A DNA stretch of 37,359 nt from a virus (Duplodnaviria; Heunggongvirae; Uroviricota; Caudoviricetes). This document shows, in pieces, positions 1-10,318 of this stretch. Within the stretch, counting starts at the first letter, position 1, and every line of letters begins with the position of its first letter. The stretch covers positions 1-37,359 of IMG/VR virus record IMGVR_UViG_2654587746_000004. One strand, given 5' to 3'. A program made the position numbers and the translations under genes. The notes under the pieces were generated by a model. The model made no database searches and was not told the origin of the DNA. It worked only from the letters and a program-made list of their open reading frames with translations.

Positions 1-1158
1 ATGCTCACCGTTAAGCAGATTGAAGCAGCAAAGCCGAAAGAAAAACCATACCGCCTTCTCGATGGTAATGGCCTGTACCTTTATGTTCCTGTATCCGGGA
101 AAAAGGTATGGCAGCTTCGCTACAAGATTGACGGTAAGGAGAAAATCCTGACCGTCGGAAAATATCCGCTTATGACTTTGCAGGAAGCAAGGGATAAGGC
201 ATGGACTGCGAGGAAAGACATCTCGGTTGGCATCGATCCGGTAAAGGCGAAAAATGCTTCGTCTAACAACAATTCATTTAGTGCGATTTACAAGGAATGG
301 TACGAGCACAAGAAGCAAGTCTGGTCAGTAGGGTATGCGACTGAACTTGCAAAAATGTTTGATGACGACATTTTGCCTATCATCGGCGGCCTTGAAATTC
401 AGGATATTGAGCCGATGCAACTGCTGGAAGTAATCCGCAGATTTGAAGATCGCGGTGCAATGGAGCGAGCAAATAAAGCCCGCAGAAGATGCGGCGAGGT
501 TTTCCGTTACGCTATTGTCACCGGCAGGGCTAAATATAACCCGGCACCTGACCTTGCTGACGCCATGAGGGGATACCGCAAGAAGAACTTCCCGTTTCTT
601 CCTGCAGACCAGATCCCGGCATTCAATAAAGCACTGGCAACATTTTCAGGAAGTATCGTATCGCTCATTGCCACCAAGGTTTTACGCTACACAGCCCTAA
701 GAACAAAAGAGCTTCGTTCCATGCAATGGAAGAACGTCGATTTTGAAAACAGGATTATCACCATTGACGCCAATGTGATGAAGGGACGCAAAATTCATGT
801 TGTCCCGATGTCGGACCAGGTGGTTGAACTTCTCACTACGTTAAGCTCCATCACCAAACCAGTATCAGAATTTGTTTTTGCCGGGCGCAACGATAAGAAG
901 AAGCCAATCTGCGAGAACGCGGTGCTACTTGTGATCAAACAAATCGGCTATGAGGGTCTGGAAAGCGGTCACGGATTCAGGCATGAATTCAGCACGATTA
1001 TGAACGAGCACGAATGGCCTGCTGACGCTATTGAAGTGCAACTGGCACATGCCAACGGCGGATCTGTGCGCGGTATTTACAACCATGCTCAGTATCTCGA
1101 TAAGCGCAGAGAAATGATGCAATGGTGGGCGGACTGGCTTGATGAAAAGGTGGAGTGA
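1..1158 (+). CDS. int: Tyrosine integrase, P4/CP4-57 family
   Basis: 385-aa ORF; N-terminal MLTVKQIEAAKPKEK...LYLYV arm-binding region and C-terminal RxxMMQWWADWLD tail resemble remembered P4-type integrases such as IntA; directly follows xis across the window junction. Confidence 0.9.
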   Translation: MLTVKQIEAAKPKEKPYRLLDGNGLYLYVPVSGKKVWQLRYKIDGKEKILTVGKYPLMTLQEARDKAWTARKDISVGIDPVKAKNASSNNNSFSAIYKEWYEHKKQVWSVGYATELAKMFDDDILPIIGGLEIQDIEPMQLLEVIRRFEDRGAMERANKARRRCGEVFRYAIVTGRAKYNPAPDLADAMRGYRKKNFPFLPADQIPAFNKALATFSGSIVSLIATKVLRYTALRTKELRSMQWKNVDFENRIITIDANVMKGRKIHVVPMSDQVVELLTTLSSITKPVSEFVFAGRNDKKKPICENAVLLVIKQIGYEGLESGHGFRHEFSTIMNEHEWPADAIEVQLAHANGGSVRGIYNHAQYLDKRREMMQWWADWLDEKVE

Positions 1159-1402
1159 ACCACCTTAACCACTATCGAAGTGCACAAAGCCTTGCAATCC
1201 AGTGCAAAGCTTGTGTGTCTTAGATTTCAGGGTTGCTTTCTTAGGCGTACAGGTTAATGAAATGCATCAAAATACCATTCACATCCACCTCACCCAGTAC
1301 TTCATAACCAACTGTTATCAGTGTATTTCCTCTCAGTTTGGTAAAGTGACAACCCTATGAGTACGAAATCGGTTAGGTGCTATCTGGCTATTGCTCTATT
1401 TA

Positions 1403-2545
1403 TCAAGGTGCTTCTCTAACGGATTCAGTTTTAATTGAAGATACATCTGATTTTTTTTGCATTCTACGAGCGATGGCATGCCCTATGGATACTGATGGTT
1501 TTTCAATAAAGTTATAAGATATGATTGATATAATAAAAGTAGCGCAAATCATAGCTAGAAAAACACCAAATCCTTTACTATCCAATACCCCGTACGGTTT
1601 GAGATATAAAACAGCAAGACTGTATACAACCATATGATTAATGTAAAGTGAATAGGATATTTCACCAACATACGTTAGAATTTTATTTCTATATACATCC
1701 CTACACTTAGAAATAAGGACTATTGGGGCTATAATCATAAATGAATAAGCCCCCCATGCTACAATTCCAGGTCCATTCCTTAACCCTAGGCATAAAAAAA
1801 GCAAGGCAATCGCTAATGTAATATTAAGAAATTGAACAACAGGCATTTTATTTATAAGTCTAGAAGGTAGCCTAATGTAGGCCTCTGCAATAATCATCCC
1901 CAAAATAAAGTCATATATTATTGGATTTGATACAAATACCAGATTACGAATAATTCCATCACCAGATGGCGGTTGCGCGATAGGATTTAGAAAAACATCT
2001 CCGTGAAAGTACAGTTGACCAAGAACGCAAATAATGATGAGAAGAAATGATGCGATCGCAGTTCTATATTTATGGCTGATGCATAATGAAAAAAAGAAAA
2101 CCACATAGAACCAAATTTCATACGTTAGTGTCCATGCAGGTATTATTATACTATAACCTGACCATGGCCCTATAAAATTATAGTCAATTGGTATGAGCAA
2201 GTAGCTCTTTATTATTTGTGATGATGTATATATTGCCTCATAGTTGAGGTATATAGCCAGAGTAAGGATTATAAAGTAAACAGGGTACAACCTAAAAAAA
2301 CGCTTAGCAGCAAACACCATTGGCCGGTTTTTTGCCTTATTCATTGAAGAATAAGTAATGATAAATCCACTTATAACAAAGAATATATCAACACCAACCT
2401 CACCTATACCAAAAAGAATGTCGCCCAAGTCCTTTTGGGCATACACTCCATTTAAATATACTCTAAAGTGAAACGCAATGACTAGAAGTACCGCGATCCC
2501 TCTAAGGACTTGAATAGAGTCTAACTTATTTGTTTTTCTTTCCAT
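1403..2545 (-). CDS. Integral-membrane acyltransferase, family 3 (Oac-like O-antigen acetyltransferase; serotype conversion)
   Basis: 380-aa ORF, markedly AT-rich; many hydrophobic segments; N-terminal LRGIAVLLVIAFH...DIFFVISGF motif typical of Acyl_transf_3/Oac; sits between tailspike and int as oac does in Sf6. Confidence 0.8.
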   Translation of the reverse strand: MERKTNKLDSIQVLRGIAVLLVIAFHFRVYLNGVYAQKDLGDILFGIGEVGVDIFFVISGFIITYSSMNKAKNRPMVFAAKRFFRLYPVYFIILTLAIYLNYEAIYTSSQIIKSYLLIPIDYNFIGPWSGYSIIIPAWTLTYEIWFYVVFFFSLCISHKYRTAIASFLLIIICVLGQLYFHGDVFLNPIAQPPSGDGIIRNLVFVSNPIIYDFILGMIIAEAYIRLPSRLINKMPVVQFLNITLAIALLFLCLGLRNGPGIVAWGAYSFMIIAPIVLISKCRDVYRNKILTYVGEISYSLYINHMVVYSLAVLYLKPYGVLDSKGFGVFLAMICATFIISIISYNFIEKPSVSIGHAIARRMQKKSDVSSIKTESVREAP

Positions 2546-2615
2546 ATCAAAATGTGTTTTACTGATTTTTTTTAAACATACCAGATCAAAGTAATCATTT
2601 CAATACATAGGTCTT

Positions 2616-4739
2616 TTAAAAGTTTCCCTCTGATAAGAAAGAATAGGTTCCTGGCCCACCTGGAATATTGCATGTCCATGCCTTTGGTTGTCCTGAAGCA
2701 GGTGCGCTATTGATAACACGCTCACCTATATCCCAGAAACCGGATGTAGGTACTGACGAAAGATAAAATGTTGTTTTTTCAACTTGCAACGCGTTTGATG
2801 GCATTCCATATGCACATAGAGAAGGTGAGTTTATGAGTACATTTCCTGAACCATAATTTCTTATACCAACATTTATAGCTGTATCAGTTTCGTATATATA
2901 CACACCACAACTAACATAGCTCCATTTCCCATTACCAGCTAAAGGTGCTGTAGAGTCTGTTTGTCCTGCACCATTAATTATAAACATAAGTTTTGACGCT
3001 GATCCCTGGTCATTGACCCACGCACCAAACCATACAAATTTCCCTTTTAGTTCTGGTGATTTGTTGAGGTCTATCGTTCGTCCCCAAACTCTATCTCCTG
3101 TCGTAACTAAGAATGAATAATTACCAGCATAGATGTTTTGAGTTTTTATCAATGTTCCTGTAGTTCCAGATGCCGCAGTCCAGAGCAACATATTTCGATC
3201 AAGATAGTTAGCAGTTAACTCTCTGTTCGCAATATCTATTAAATGAGCAGTGTCAGGGTTTTGTGTCGCCGGGTCATAACTACCAACGTATCCGATGGAG
3301 TTCACTGTGTTGTTGGCAAGATATAGCCTGTCAGTAACTTTGGACGAAAGATTATTGTGGTACATTGCTAATAAATTATTCACTTTCGATGCGTCTAATA
3401 ACTGATTATTTTCAATCGTCAGGTTTTTCGCATAGTTCGTGAAAATAAATCCGTCTTGGTTAGGTAGCGCGCTGGCGTAGCCAATCGCGGTCTGCTGATT
3501 CCCGCGAATAGATACGGTATCATTAATTTTTGAAAGGTCAGGAATTAATGTAAAATTGTTCGCGATAAGGTGGATATCCGCACGTACTGTAATAGACTCA
3601 GGTACACTATACTGGTAACCAATCTCACCGTTGCGTTCCCAATAGTTATCATCAAGGTTAAGGCCTTTAACCCCGTAAGCCAAAAGTCCGTAGAACTTAT
3701 TTTGCTCTATATTGTTGCCATTAACTCTGACGCTCATACCGCCCTCAGCGTAAGCTGGCGTAAGTAAAACTCCACCGGCTCCGTTACCATAGATACGGCT
3801 GTTGATTATATTAATATTATTGCAGTAACCACCAACATTAATACCGTTACCGGCGTTTTGAAACAACCGGCACCCAATGATGTCAATGGAGTAACCGTTA
3901 ACTAATATTGCGTTGTTATTAGTATTAACCACGTCAATATTTTCTATTTTAATGTGGTTGGCTTCAGTAAGACTGATGCCGTTAGCTGCGTAGCCATTTC
4001 CGTCAAGACCAAAGTCCCTGAACTCGCAGAACGTAATTACCCCATCTTGTTGCGTGATTATCGGTGCCGCTGTACCCGTAGAGAAAATTCTGGACTGATA
4101 TGCGCCAGCACCTCGTATCATGGTGACAGTATTCTTAATCGTAATACCAGGGTCAACAATGAACGCCCCCTCTGGTATAACAATCTCAGTTGGCAACGTA
4201 GCATCATCAATAGCCTTCTGAAATGCAGCTTTGTTCTGAGCACCGGTGTTTCCCTCAGCAAACCCGTAGTCTGTAAGCGTCCTCAGGTCGATAGTTAGCT
4301 TTTTTGAGAGAATGGTCGATGTGCTATCGACAAACTGTGGGTTATGCATGACTAGAGAGTCGCCAAGTGAGTGATCTTCGCTCAGGAGATTGCCCTTAAA
4401 CTGATCTGGATCATACTTTAGCACATTCGGAAAATAGAACTGCTGCGCACCGTATGCATCGTATACAGCCATAGAATGGCCTTGCACAGTTACGAACTTG
4501 GCAATCTGTCCGTTATATACCGGATACCCGCCAGCGTTAATGATGATTGGCTGTGCAACAGGAACGTGAGAACCGTCTTCATTCTCTACATAAACCTGAA
4601 TCTGGTTTTCAGGGTTTACCGGGTCAGTGTCAATTTTACCGATATAAATTTTACCATTGGCTACGGCTTTAAAAGAACGAGCCATAGTGAAGAGTTGCGA
4701 AGGCATCGATACGATCACATTGGCTGTAATGTCTGTCAT
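2616..4739 (-). CDS. Tailspike protein (P22 gp9-like head-binding domain, divergent beta-helix receptor-binding domain)
   Basis: 707-aa ORF; first ~115 aa ([40 protein letters not shown]...) match the remembered P22-family tailspike head-binding domain; remainder is Gly/Asn-rich repetitive beta-helix-like sequence. Confidence 0.9.
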   Translation of the reverse strand: MTDITANVIVSMPSQLFTMARSFKAVANGKIYIGKIDTDPVNPENQIQVYVENEDGSHVPVAQPIIINAGGYPVYNGQIAKFVTVQGHSMAVYDAYGAQQFYFPNVLKYDPDQFKGNLLSEDHSLGDSLVMHNPQFVDSTSTILSKKLTIDLRTLTDYGFAEGNTGAQNKAAFQKAIDDATLPTEIVIPEGAFIVDPGITIKNTVTMIRGAGAYQSRIFSTGTAAPIITQQDGVITFCEFRDFGLDGNGYAANGISLTEANHIKIENIDVVNTNNNAILVNGYSIDIIGCRLFQNAGNGINVGGYCNNINIINSRIYGNGAGGVLLTPAYAEGGMSVRVNGNNIEQNKFYGLLAYGVKGLNLDDNYWERNGEIGYQYSVPESITVRADIHLIANNFTLIPDLSKINDTVSIRGNQQTAIGYASALPNQDGFIFTNYAKNLTIENNQLLDASKVNNLLAMYHNNLSSKVTDRLYLANNTVNSIGYVGSYDPATQNPDTAHLIDIANRELTANYLDRNMLLWTAASGTTGTLIKTQNIYAGNYSFLVTTGDRVWGRTIDLNKSPELKGKFVWFGAWVNDQGSASKLMFIINGAGQTDSTAPLAGNGKWSYVSCGVYIYETDTAINVGIRNYGSGNVLINSPSLCAYGMPSNALQVEKTTFYLSSVPTSGFWDIGERVINSAPASGQPKAWTCNIPGGPGTYSFLSEGNF

Positions 4740-4795
4740 TTAATTTGCTCCAGATACAAGGAATCGCCGCAGCGTAGCTACGGTGAATTTTGGGC

Positions 4796-4820
4796 ATAAA
4801 AAAACCCAGCCGAAGCTGGG
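4796..4820 (-). terminator. Rho-independent terminator downstream of ant
   Basis: On the minus strand: hairpin CCCAGC-TTCG-GCTGGG followed by TTTTTTTAT, immediately 3' of ant stop. Confidence 0.7.
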
Positions 4821-4839
4821 TCGTTGCGTTGGTTATCTG

Positions 4840-5718
4840 TCAGTAGTTATGTACTGAAGGAGGCAATTCTTTATTCTTAAGTCTCATCCATGCGGAAAGA
4901 TTCGTTGGTCCGTCTGGCTCATTAATATCAACATCTCGTGTGTGGTTTATTAAAACGTCTCTCGCCATTCCGATAACATACGAGAATTCATGACCGTAGT
5001 CGTAGCATCTGCCGGAATAGTTCGATTGAATTTGTTTTAGCGCCGGATACAGTTCGCGGAATAATGCCTGTGAGCGGTTGGCATAATCCCATAACCATAC
5101 AAGGCTGTTTGCTTCTTTTGCAGAAAGCTCGTTGGTTTTCTTCTCTTGTTTGCCAATGAACTCACCTTCAAGCACTACCCTGTGGATGTACTCTACGGCC
5201 AGCGGGATTTGTTCAATTGAAAGTTCATCAATGCTGTCAATACCAAAACGCTGATGAACCATATTGTATGCATCGTCATAGCGAAGTCCTTTCTTTCCTA
5301 CCAGCATGTTTACTGCATCGCGTAGCGGTGTTCTTTCCTCAACAGTGGTTTTCTTTCCTTTTACATACTCGCCATGTTTGCGAATTGAAGGCAGAACTTC
5401 TGCTGTTACCCACTTGCGGAATTTGTGCGGGACTGAACCTTTATTGACTGCATCGCGGCAGCGCAGAACCAATGTATACATACCTGATTCGCTCACAATG
5501 CTTAGATTCTGCTCACCACCAAGGGTGTAACTTAAAGTTACTCCCTTTTCATCGTCATCAAGTGCAGTAAGCGCCTTGCGTGAGTTAGTCAAATCTAAAG
5601 CATCACAAACATCTTTAGCTACAAACCACGGCTCACCGCACTTGTTGATGACGCGGATTTCACTGTCGCCGAATTTGAAGATGGTGAAATCGTTTTGTGC
5701 CTTTGCTATACTTTTCAT
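4840..5718 (-). CDS. ant: Antirepressor Ant (BRO-N/AntA-type)
   Basis: 292-aa ORF immediately downstream of arc; N-terminal [30 protein letters not shown] resembles BRO-N/antirepressor family; position matches P22 immI. Confidence 0.85.
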   Translation of the reverse strand: MKSIAKAQNDFTIFKFGDSEIRVINKCGEPWFVAKDVCDALDLTNSRKALTALDDDEKGVTLSYTLGGEQNLSIVSESGMYTLVLRCRDAVNKGSVPHKFRKWVTAEVLPSIRKHGEYVKGKKTTVEERTPLRDAVNMLVGKKGLRYDDAYNMVHQRFGIDSIDELSIEQIPLAVEYIHRVVLEGEFIGKQEKKTNELSAKEANSLVWLWDYANRSQALFRELYPALKQIQSNYSGRCYDYGHEFSYVIGMARDVLINHTRDVDINEPDGPTNLSAWMRLKNKELPPSVHNY

Positions 5719-5750
5719 GTCAATATTTCCTAATCCGATTTGTTGATGCC

Positions 5751-5782
5751 GAAGCCCTGACTGTTACAGCAGTTGGGGCTTC
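5751..5782 (+). other. Imperfect long hairpin in arc-ant intergenic spacer (possible sar antisense RNA terminator / processing site)
   Basis: GAAGCCCTGACTG...CAGTTGGGGCTTC inverted repeat between arc stop and ant start; P22 has the sar antisense RNA here. Promoter not identified. Confidence 0.3.
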
Positions 5783-5786
5783 AACT

Positions 5787-5948
5787 TTACGCACCAATGC
5801 GCCCTTCCTTCTTAAAGCTTTCCATTACTCGCTGATAAATCTCAGAATTAACAGACCGACCATTTTCTTCCGCCACCTTGCGTACCAAATCCAATACTTC
5901 TTTAGGCCACCGCAAATTGAACTGTGGCATTTTGCTCATTCCTTTCAT
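5787..5948 (-). CDS. arc: Arc repressor
   Basis: 53-aa product MKGMSKMPQFNLRWPKEVLDLVRKVAEENGRSVNSEIYQRVMESFKKEGRIGA is near-identical to remembered P22 Arc; ORF-track start is an upstream extension. Confidence 0.92.
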   Translation of the reverse strand: MKGMSKMPQFNLRWPKEVLDLVRKVAEENGRSVNSEIYQRVMESFKKEGRIGA

Positions 5949-5963
5949 GTTCACCTCACAATA

Positions 5964-5982
5964 TAGGTCCACGGTGGACCTA
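5964..5982. promoter_or_regulatory. mnt operator (Omnt) palindrome
   Basis: TAGGTCCACGGTGGACCTA perfect palindrome between arc and mnt starts, matching the P22 Mnt operator as remembered. Confidence 0.8.
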
Positions 5983-5990
5983 TTGAGAAT

Positions 5991-6011
5991 ATAGTAGAGT
6001 GCTTCTATCAT
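5991..6011. promoter_or_regulatory. arc operator (Oarc)
   Basis: ATAGTAGAGTGCTTCTATCAT, matching the remembered P22 Arc operator; overlaps the Pant/Pmnt divergent promoter region. Confidence 0.75.
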
Positions 6012-6038
6012 GTCAATACACTAACTTGGAGTGATGGC

Positions 6039-6293
6039 ATGGCTAGAGATGATCCGCACTTTAACTTCCGTATGCCTTTGGAAGTAAGAGAAAAATTGAA
6101 ATTAAGAGCCGAGGCTAACGGAAGGTCAATGAACTCTGAGTTATTACAAATCGTTCAGGATGCACTATCAAAACCATCACCGATTACAGGATATCGCGAC
6201 GAAGCTGAACGCTTGGCTGATCAGCAGGCTGAGCAGTTCAAGGCTATAGTGTTTGAGACACTTAAAAAGATTTATGAAAAGGATTTGAAATGA
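6039..6293 (+). CDS. mnt: Mnt maintenance repressor
   Basis: 84-aa product MARDDPHFNFRMPLEVREKLKLRAEANGRSMNSELLQIVQDAL... closely matches remembered P22 Mnt (ribbon-helix-helix). Confidence 0.92.
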   Translation: MARDDPHFNFRMPLEVREKLKLRAEANGRSMNSELLQIVQDALSKPSPITGYRDEAERLADQQAEQFKAIVFETLKKIYEKDLK

Positions 6294-6625
6294 GATTTCT
6301 ATCACTGTTCTTGTTAGCAGTTGTCTCTTCTTCCAGTGCTGAGCTGCGCGAGCTTCAAACGGGTAATGACCTTCTTTACAACATTCAACAAGGTAAAAAG
6401 GGTGATGATTTTTCATCGCTTTACATTACTGGATATTTGCGCGGAGTAACTGACTCATTGATACTAATTGGTTCTCTATGTCCTCCTGATGGCGTTGACA
6501 TGTATCAATACACCGATATCGTTGAGAAATATCTAAACAAAAACCCAGAATCAAGAAATGAGAGTGCAGTTATACTAACCGCCCTAGCAGTAGGAAAAAC
6601 ATTTCCGTGCAAAAAGAATCAATAA
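6290..6625 (+). CDS. Secreted (signal-peptide) protein of unknown function; possible Rap1a/Tai4-like periplasmic immunity-type fold (unverified)
   Basis: 111-aa ORF; ATG overlaps mnt stop (ATGA); N-terminus MRFLSLFLLAVVSSSSA looks like a Sec signal peptide; mature part has two Cys (..SLCPPDG.. and ..FPCKKNQ) and a GYLRGVTD motif; lower GC than flanking phage genes. Confidence 0.6.
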   Translation: MRFLSLFLLAVVSSSSAELRELQTGNDLLYNIQQGKKGDDFSSLYITGYLRGVTDSLILIGSLCPPDGVDMYQYTDIVEKYLNKNPESRNESAVILTALAVGKTFPCKKNQ

Positions 6626-6640
6626 CAATAAGGGCTTAAA

Positions 6641-7030
6641 ATGAAATTGATTATAGCAATGGCTTTCCTTGTCTTCTCGTTTTCTGTCTCAGCAGAGTGC
6701 TGGGTCGTTGGAGATATGCACGGAATAAGCTATTCAGAACGAAATAATTTTCAACCGGAAGAAGATGGTTTTAGTGGAACATTCATCATTAAGACAAACG
6801 GTGAAGATGCCAGTATCACATATTCTGGGACGGATGCGGGCGGCATGGCTTACAAAGCATTGTCTAAAAACTCCATCATTGGAATCGGCGCGAATGGCGA
6901 AACTCAACGAGTTATCGACTCATGGGTAATACATCCTAATGGAACAGTTTTAATGTCGAAAACCATTTCTGGTTATGGGAATATGGATTCAACCAAAGCT
7001 TTTGTTGGAAAAGTAAAAAGAAAATGTTAA
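6641..7030 (+). CDS. Secreted (signal-peptide) protein of unknown function, predicted beta-rich
   Basis: 129-aa ORF 15 bp after the previous gene with AAGGG upstream; N-terminus MKLIIAMAFLVFSFSVSA is signal-peptide-like; mature protein starts EC.. and ends ..KRKC (terminal Cys pair); Gly/Ser/Thr-rich; low GC. Confidence 0.6.
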   Translation: MKLIIAMAFLVFSFSVSAECWVVGDMHGISYSERNNFQPEEDGFSGTFIIKTNGEDASITYSGTDAGGMAYKALSKNSIIGIGANGETQRVIDSWVIHPNGTVLMSKTISGYGNMDSTKAFVGKVKRKC

Positions 7031-7054
7031 CGATTGAATCCAATTCCCCATACG

Positions 7055-8896
7055 TTACTGCTGTGTTGCCTCAGTAGCAAGCAGCGGCCTGATGGCATTT
7101 GCAGCGTTACTCAACGCTCTTTCATAGGCTGGCGTTCCAGCTTTAGTGTTTGCCAGACGTAAGAGAGCATTCCTTGCTGCTTTGGACTCATACAAACGCA
7201 TCATTGCACCAAAGCCAGCCTCAAGCCCCATTGATACACCAAGAGTCGCAGTTGCGCCAATCGTCCTTATCCTGTTGGCTTGTGATTGCCCCGTCTGAGT
7301 TACTACATTTGCGGTGTCTGACCTTGCTGTTTGCTGTAGAACTTCATGAAGAGCATCAAGCTCTTTCATGTGCTTTCCAGAAAAAATAGTGTTGTAAATT
7401 TCACCGCCTGACTGAGATTTCAGCTTATTAACTTCAGTGATGAACTTGGCTGGAGAGTCACCGGCCTTTTCCGCTATTTTGCTGACGTAAGCTGCACGCA
7501 TAGCATCTTTCCCTTTATCATCCAGGGCGCTCCATATTCGTTTCACGTCAGATGGTTTTCTGCTTAATACAACGGTATTTATAAGTTCAGGACTGGCTTC
7601 ACTGCTTGCCTTGTTGAGCTTGTTAGCAATGTTTTTATTAAGCACCTTATTATAAACGTTTGCATAATCAGAATTTGCTTTAAGGTATTTTGCTGCGTCT
7701 GATGCACCGAGGTTTTTAGCAACTGCGTTACGAAGGTCTTTTGACATTGCATTCTCTACCATATTGGTAGCTGCTTTTGCCTGGTTGGGGAAGACCATAG
7801 CATCTCCCTGAACATTAGATCTAAATGCTGTTCTGTGCTGACGCAAGAGATCAAACGTAACATCCAAATCAGTTGCAGGGTTTGCTAATTCTTCACGTAG
7901 GTTACGCAAGGATGTAAGCAGGCTTTGATTGGCAGACGTCCCAAGCCGTTCCTGTCTTGCGATCGCTGTATTCAGAGCATTCATGGTATTTGTGGTATCA
8001 ACTGCGGCATTACCCATTTTATTGGTGACGTCATTGATAACAGCGCCAGCGGCATCCTTCCGCCCCCTTAACGTGGTGGTAAGAGATTTCACCACATCAT
8101 CAGGGTTGTACTCACCAAAACGGTCAAAATAATTACTTACCAGCTTACTACGCGTTGCATATTGCTCCGCTCGCTTTGAGCCTGTCCCGAGCAAAGCCCC
8201 CTCGGCATCCTGAGTTAGGCCGCGAGTGAAAGCATTTTTCGGCGGGATAACATCAGATGTCATTGGTGTCACGCCCATCGATTCTGATGTGGCAATTTTC
8301 TTCGCCACTTCTGGCGCAATATCACCTTTTATAGCCGTTATTCCACGCCCTATTCCCTTTGCTGCTGCGGAAAGAACACCCTGAGTGGCAAGGTTAACTC
8401 CGGCATTTTTAGCTGCATTTTGTGCGAAATCGCCTTTCTGATTTGCGGCCTCTGCCAGTGATCCAATAGCCATGCTTCCTGCCGTTCCAACTCCTGGAAC
8501 TAAATACCCACCAATTGTTTCACCGGCTTGCGCGTAGGGGTCTGTCGGTCTGTCTACTGGACGATAAACATCATCCAAAACCTTGGGTCCACCAAGCCCC
8601 TGACTGATTGCATTAATCAGACTTGCGCCGCCCTGCAATACGTCAAATGGTATGTTTACCAGACCACGACCAGCCTGTTCTGCAATTTGCCCTGCACTTT
8701 GACCACCAGTGAGCCAATCGCCAGCTTGTTGCATCAATGATGGTTCTTCCCGTGTTGGTGCATTATTGGCCTGATTAACTGTTTGTTGCTGAACAGCCTG
8801 ACCAGCAAAATACTCATCAATGGCGGTGCCAATATCTTCGGTGCTCGTACCATCAGGAAAGGTAAATGTCTTACCGTTTGCAGTTACTTTCATCAT
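7055..8896 (-). CDS. Ejection (internal virion) protein, P22 gp16-like
   Basis: 613-aa Ala/Gly-rich ORF last in the ejection-protein run; size and position match P22 gp16. Confidence 0.8.
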   Translation of the reverse strand: MMKVTANGKTFTFPDGTSTEDIGTAIDEYFAGQAVQQQTVNQANNAPTREEPSLMQQAGDWLTGGQSAGQIAEQAGRGLVNIPFDVLQGGASLINAISQGLGGPKVLDDVYRPVDRPTDPYAQAGETIGGYLVPGVGTAGSMAIGSLAEAANQKGDFAQNAAKNAGVNLATQGVLSAAAKGIGRGITAIKGDIAPEVAKKIATSESMGVTPMTSDVIPPKNAFTRGLTQDAEGALLGTGSKRAEQYATRSKLVSNYFDRFGEYNPDDVVKSLTTTLRGRKDAAGAVINDVTNKMGNAAVDTTNTMNALNTAIARQERLGTSANQSLLTSLRNLREELANPATDLDVTFDLLRQHRTAFRSNVQGDAMVFPNQAKAATNMVENAMSKDLRNAVAKNLGASDAAKYLKANSDYANVYNKVLNKNIANKLNKASSEASPELINTVVLSRKPSDVKRIWSALDDKGKDAMRAAYVSKIAEKAGDSPAKFITEVNKLKSQSGGEIYNTIFSGKHMKELDALHEVLQQTARSDTANVVTQTGQSQANRIRTIGATATLGVSMGLEAGFGAMMRLYESKAARNALLRLANTKAGTPAYERALSNAANAIRPLLATEATQQ

Positions 8897-10308
8897 TCCA
8901 CCGTAAATTGAATGCCTGATTTTGAGGTATATGATCCAACCTGATTCCGTGGTTCTCCTGAAGGTGTCGAATCTTGTGCTGGCGCTGCGTCAGTATTCAT
9001 TGACATATACCGCTTAACGGCACTCCCCAATGATTCACCTTTTTTAACATCCAACCCCAATATCTGACCGCCATTACGCGATTGTCCAGGGTTGCCATTC
9101 GCGCTCATCCACTCGGCTTTAAACTCATTAAACTGCGCGTTTCGTCGCTCAAGGTTTGCCATTGCATCAAGCCATCTTGCGACCGTCTCAGGGTTATCCA
9201 TGTCAGTTGGCGCACCCTGTCGAACGATCTCAACGTCTTTATCCGTTGCTGGGCCGGGAGGTAGGAATTTAAGAACCTGACTGTTAACAAGGGCATTTTG
9301 GCGAATGCGCAAATCACGCAATGTTGTATCGCTTCCGGTAAGTTTTGCGAACATGTTCTGTGCGTTACCGAACAAACCTGTCGTTGGTTTTTCTGCTCTG
9401 AACTGTTGAGCAAGCGCACTCATAGAATTGGCTGAGTTTGATGATGCTGTAGCATTGTTTACAGCCGTCTCGATGCCTTTTTCCATGTTTACTGACAGCT
9501 TAGGTGCTTCGCTAATCAACTGCTGAGCCTTTTCCTGCGCTTGCTGCATCTTAAACCCGAACTCTTGCTGATCCAGAGCCAAACGTTGTGCTGCGATATT
9601 GTGCCCAGTCATTGCTGACTGATAGGAAAGGTTTTGTCCTCTCGCCTGAAGTGCTTCACCAGCCTGATTGCTGCGGATTGTCTCTGCCAGCCTGCCTCGG
9701 TCAATTTCACGACCAGCCATCTTATCCTGAACAGCAAACGCCTTTTCTGGTCCAAGCGCACCGAGAGACATAGTAGTCAGCATGTGTGATAGCTGCTCTG
9801 GATTCTGGATACCTGTCTGAATCATCCAGTCAGCATTAGCACCAACGCGATTTAACCTGTCCTTGTTGTCAGTAATGAATTTACTGTAGGCTTCCGGCCC
9901 CTGAGAAAGAGCGACGTTAGCCCTCATGGCTAAATCGCCCATATCGTTGCGTTGCTGATCATTAAGACCGGAAAACGCCTGTTGTGCCTGTGCAACAAAC
10001 GCTGGATTTTCCTGGGCAAACTTAAATAGTCCCGATGGATCACCAGAAGCCCATGCATCAGCGTGAACCTTATTGAACGCACTAATAGCTTTCTGTTGCT
10101 GTTCCTGATTGTAAATATCAGCAACTCCAGCCAGACCACGTAACGCGGTCAGACCAACGTTATTTGCACCTGAGCGAGCCAGTTCATTGTTTTCGCGGAT
10201 CAGACCAAGCGTTGCGTTAATGTCGCTTGCCTTTGGCGCATTCTCATTTTGCGTACCGATGCCAGCCAGAAAACCACCAGAATTAATACCTTGTTGCCAC
10301 GTAGCCAT
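8893..10308 (-). CDS. Ejection protein, P22 gp20-like
   Basis: 471-aa ORF (same length as P22 gp20) in conserved order gp7-gp20-gp16; Gln/Ala-rich. Confidence 0.8.
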   Translation of the reverse strand: MATWQQGINSGGFLAGIGTQNENAPKASDINATLGLIRENNELARSGANNVGLTALRGLAGVADIYNQEQQQKAISAFNKVHADAWASGDPSGLFKFAQENPAFVAQAQQAFSGLNDQQRNDMGDLAMRANVALSQGPEAYSKFITDNKDRLNRVGANADWMIQTGIQNPEQLSHMLTTMSLGALGPEKAFAVQDKMAGREIDRGRLAETIRSNQAGEALQARGQNLSYQSAMTGHNIAAQRLALDQQEFGFKMQQAQEKAQQLISEAPKLSVNMEKGIETAVNNATASSNSANSMSALAQQFRAEKPTTGLFGNAQNMFAKLTGSDTTLRDLRIRQNALVNSQVLKFLPPGPATDKDVEIVRQGAPTDMDNPETVARWLDAMANLERRNAQFNEFKAEWMSANGNPGQSRNGGQILGLDVKKGESLGSAVKRYMSMNTDAAPAQDSTPSGEPRNQVGSYTSKSGIQFTVE

Positions 10309-10318
10309 TGATTACCCC

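Noticed and set aside
3570-4799. Several 65-114 aa plus-strand ORFs
   Set aside because: Antisense to the tailspike coding region, with Cys/Arg-rich composition typical of spurious frames.
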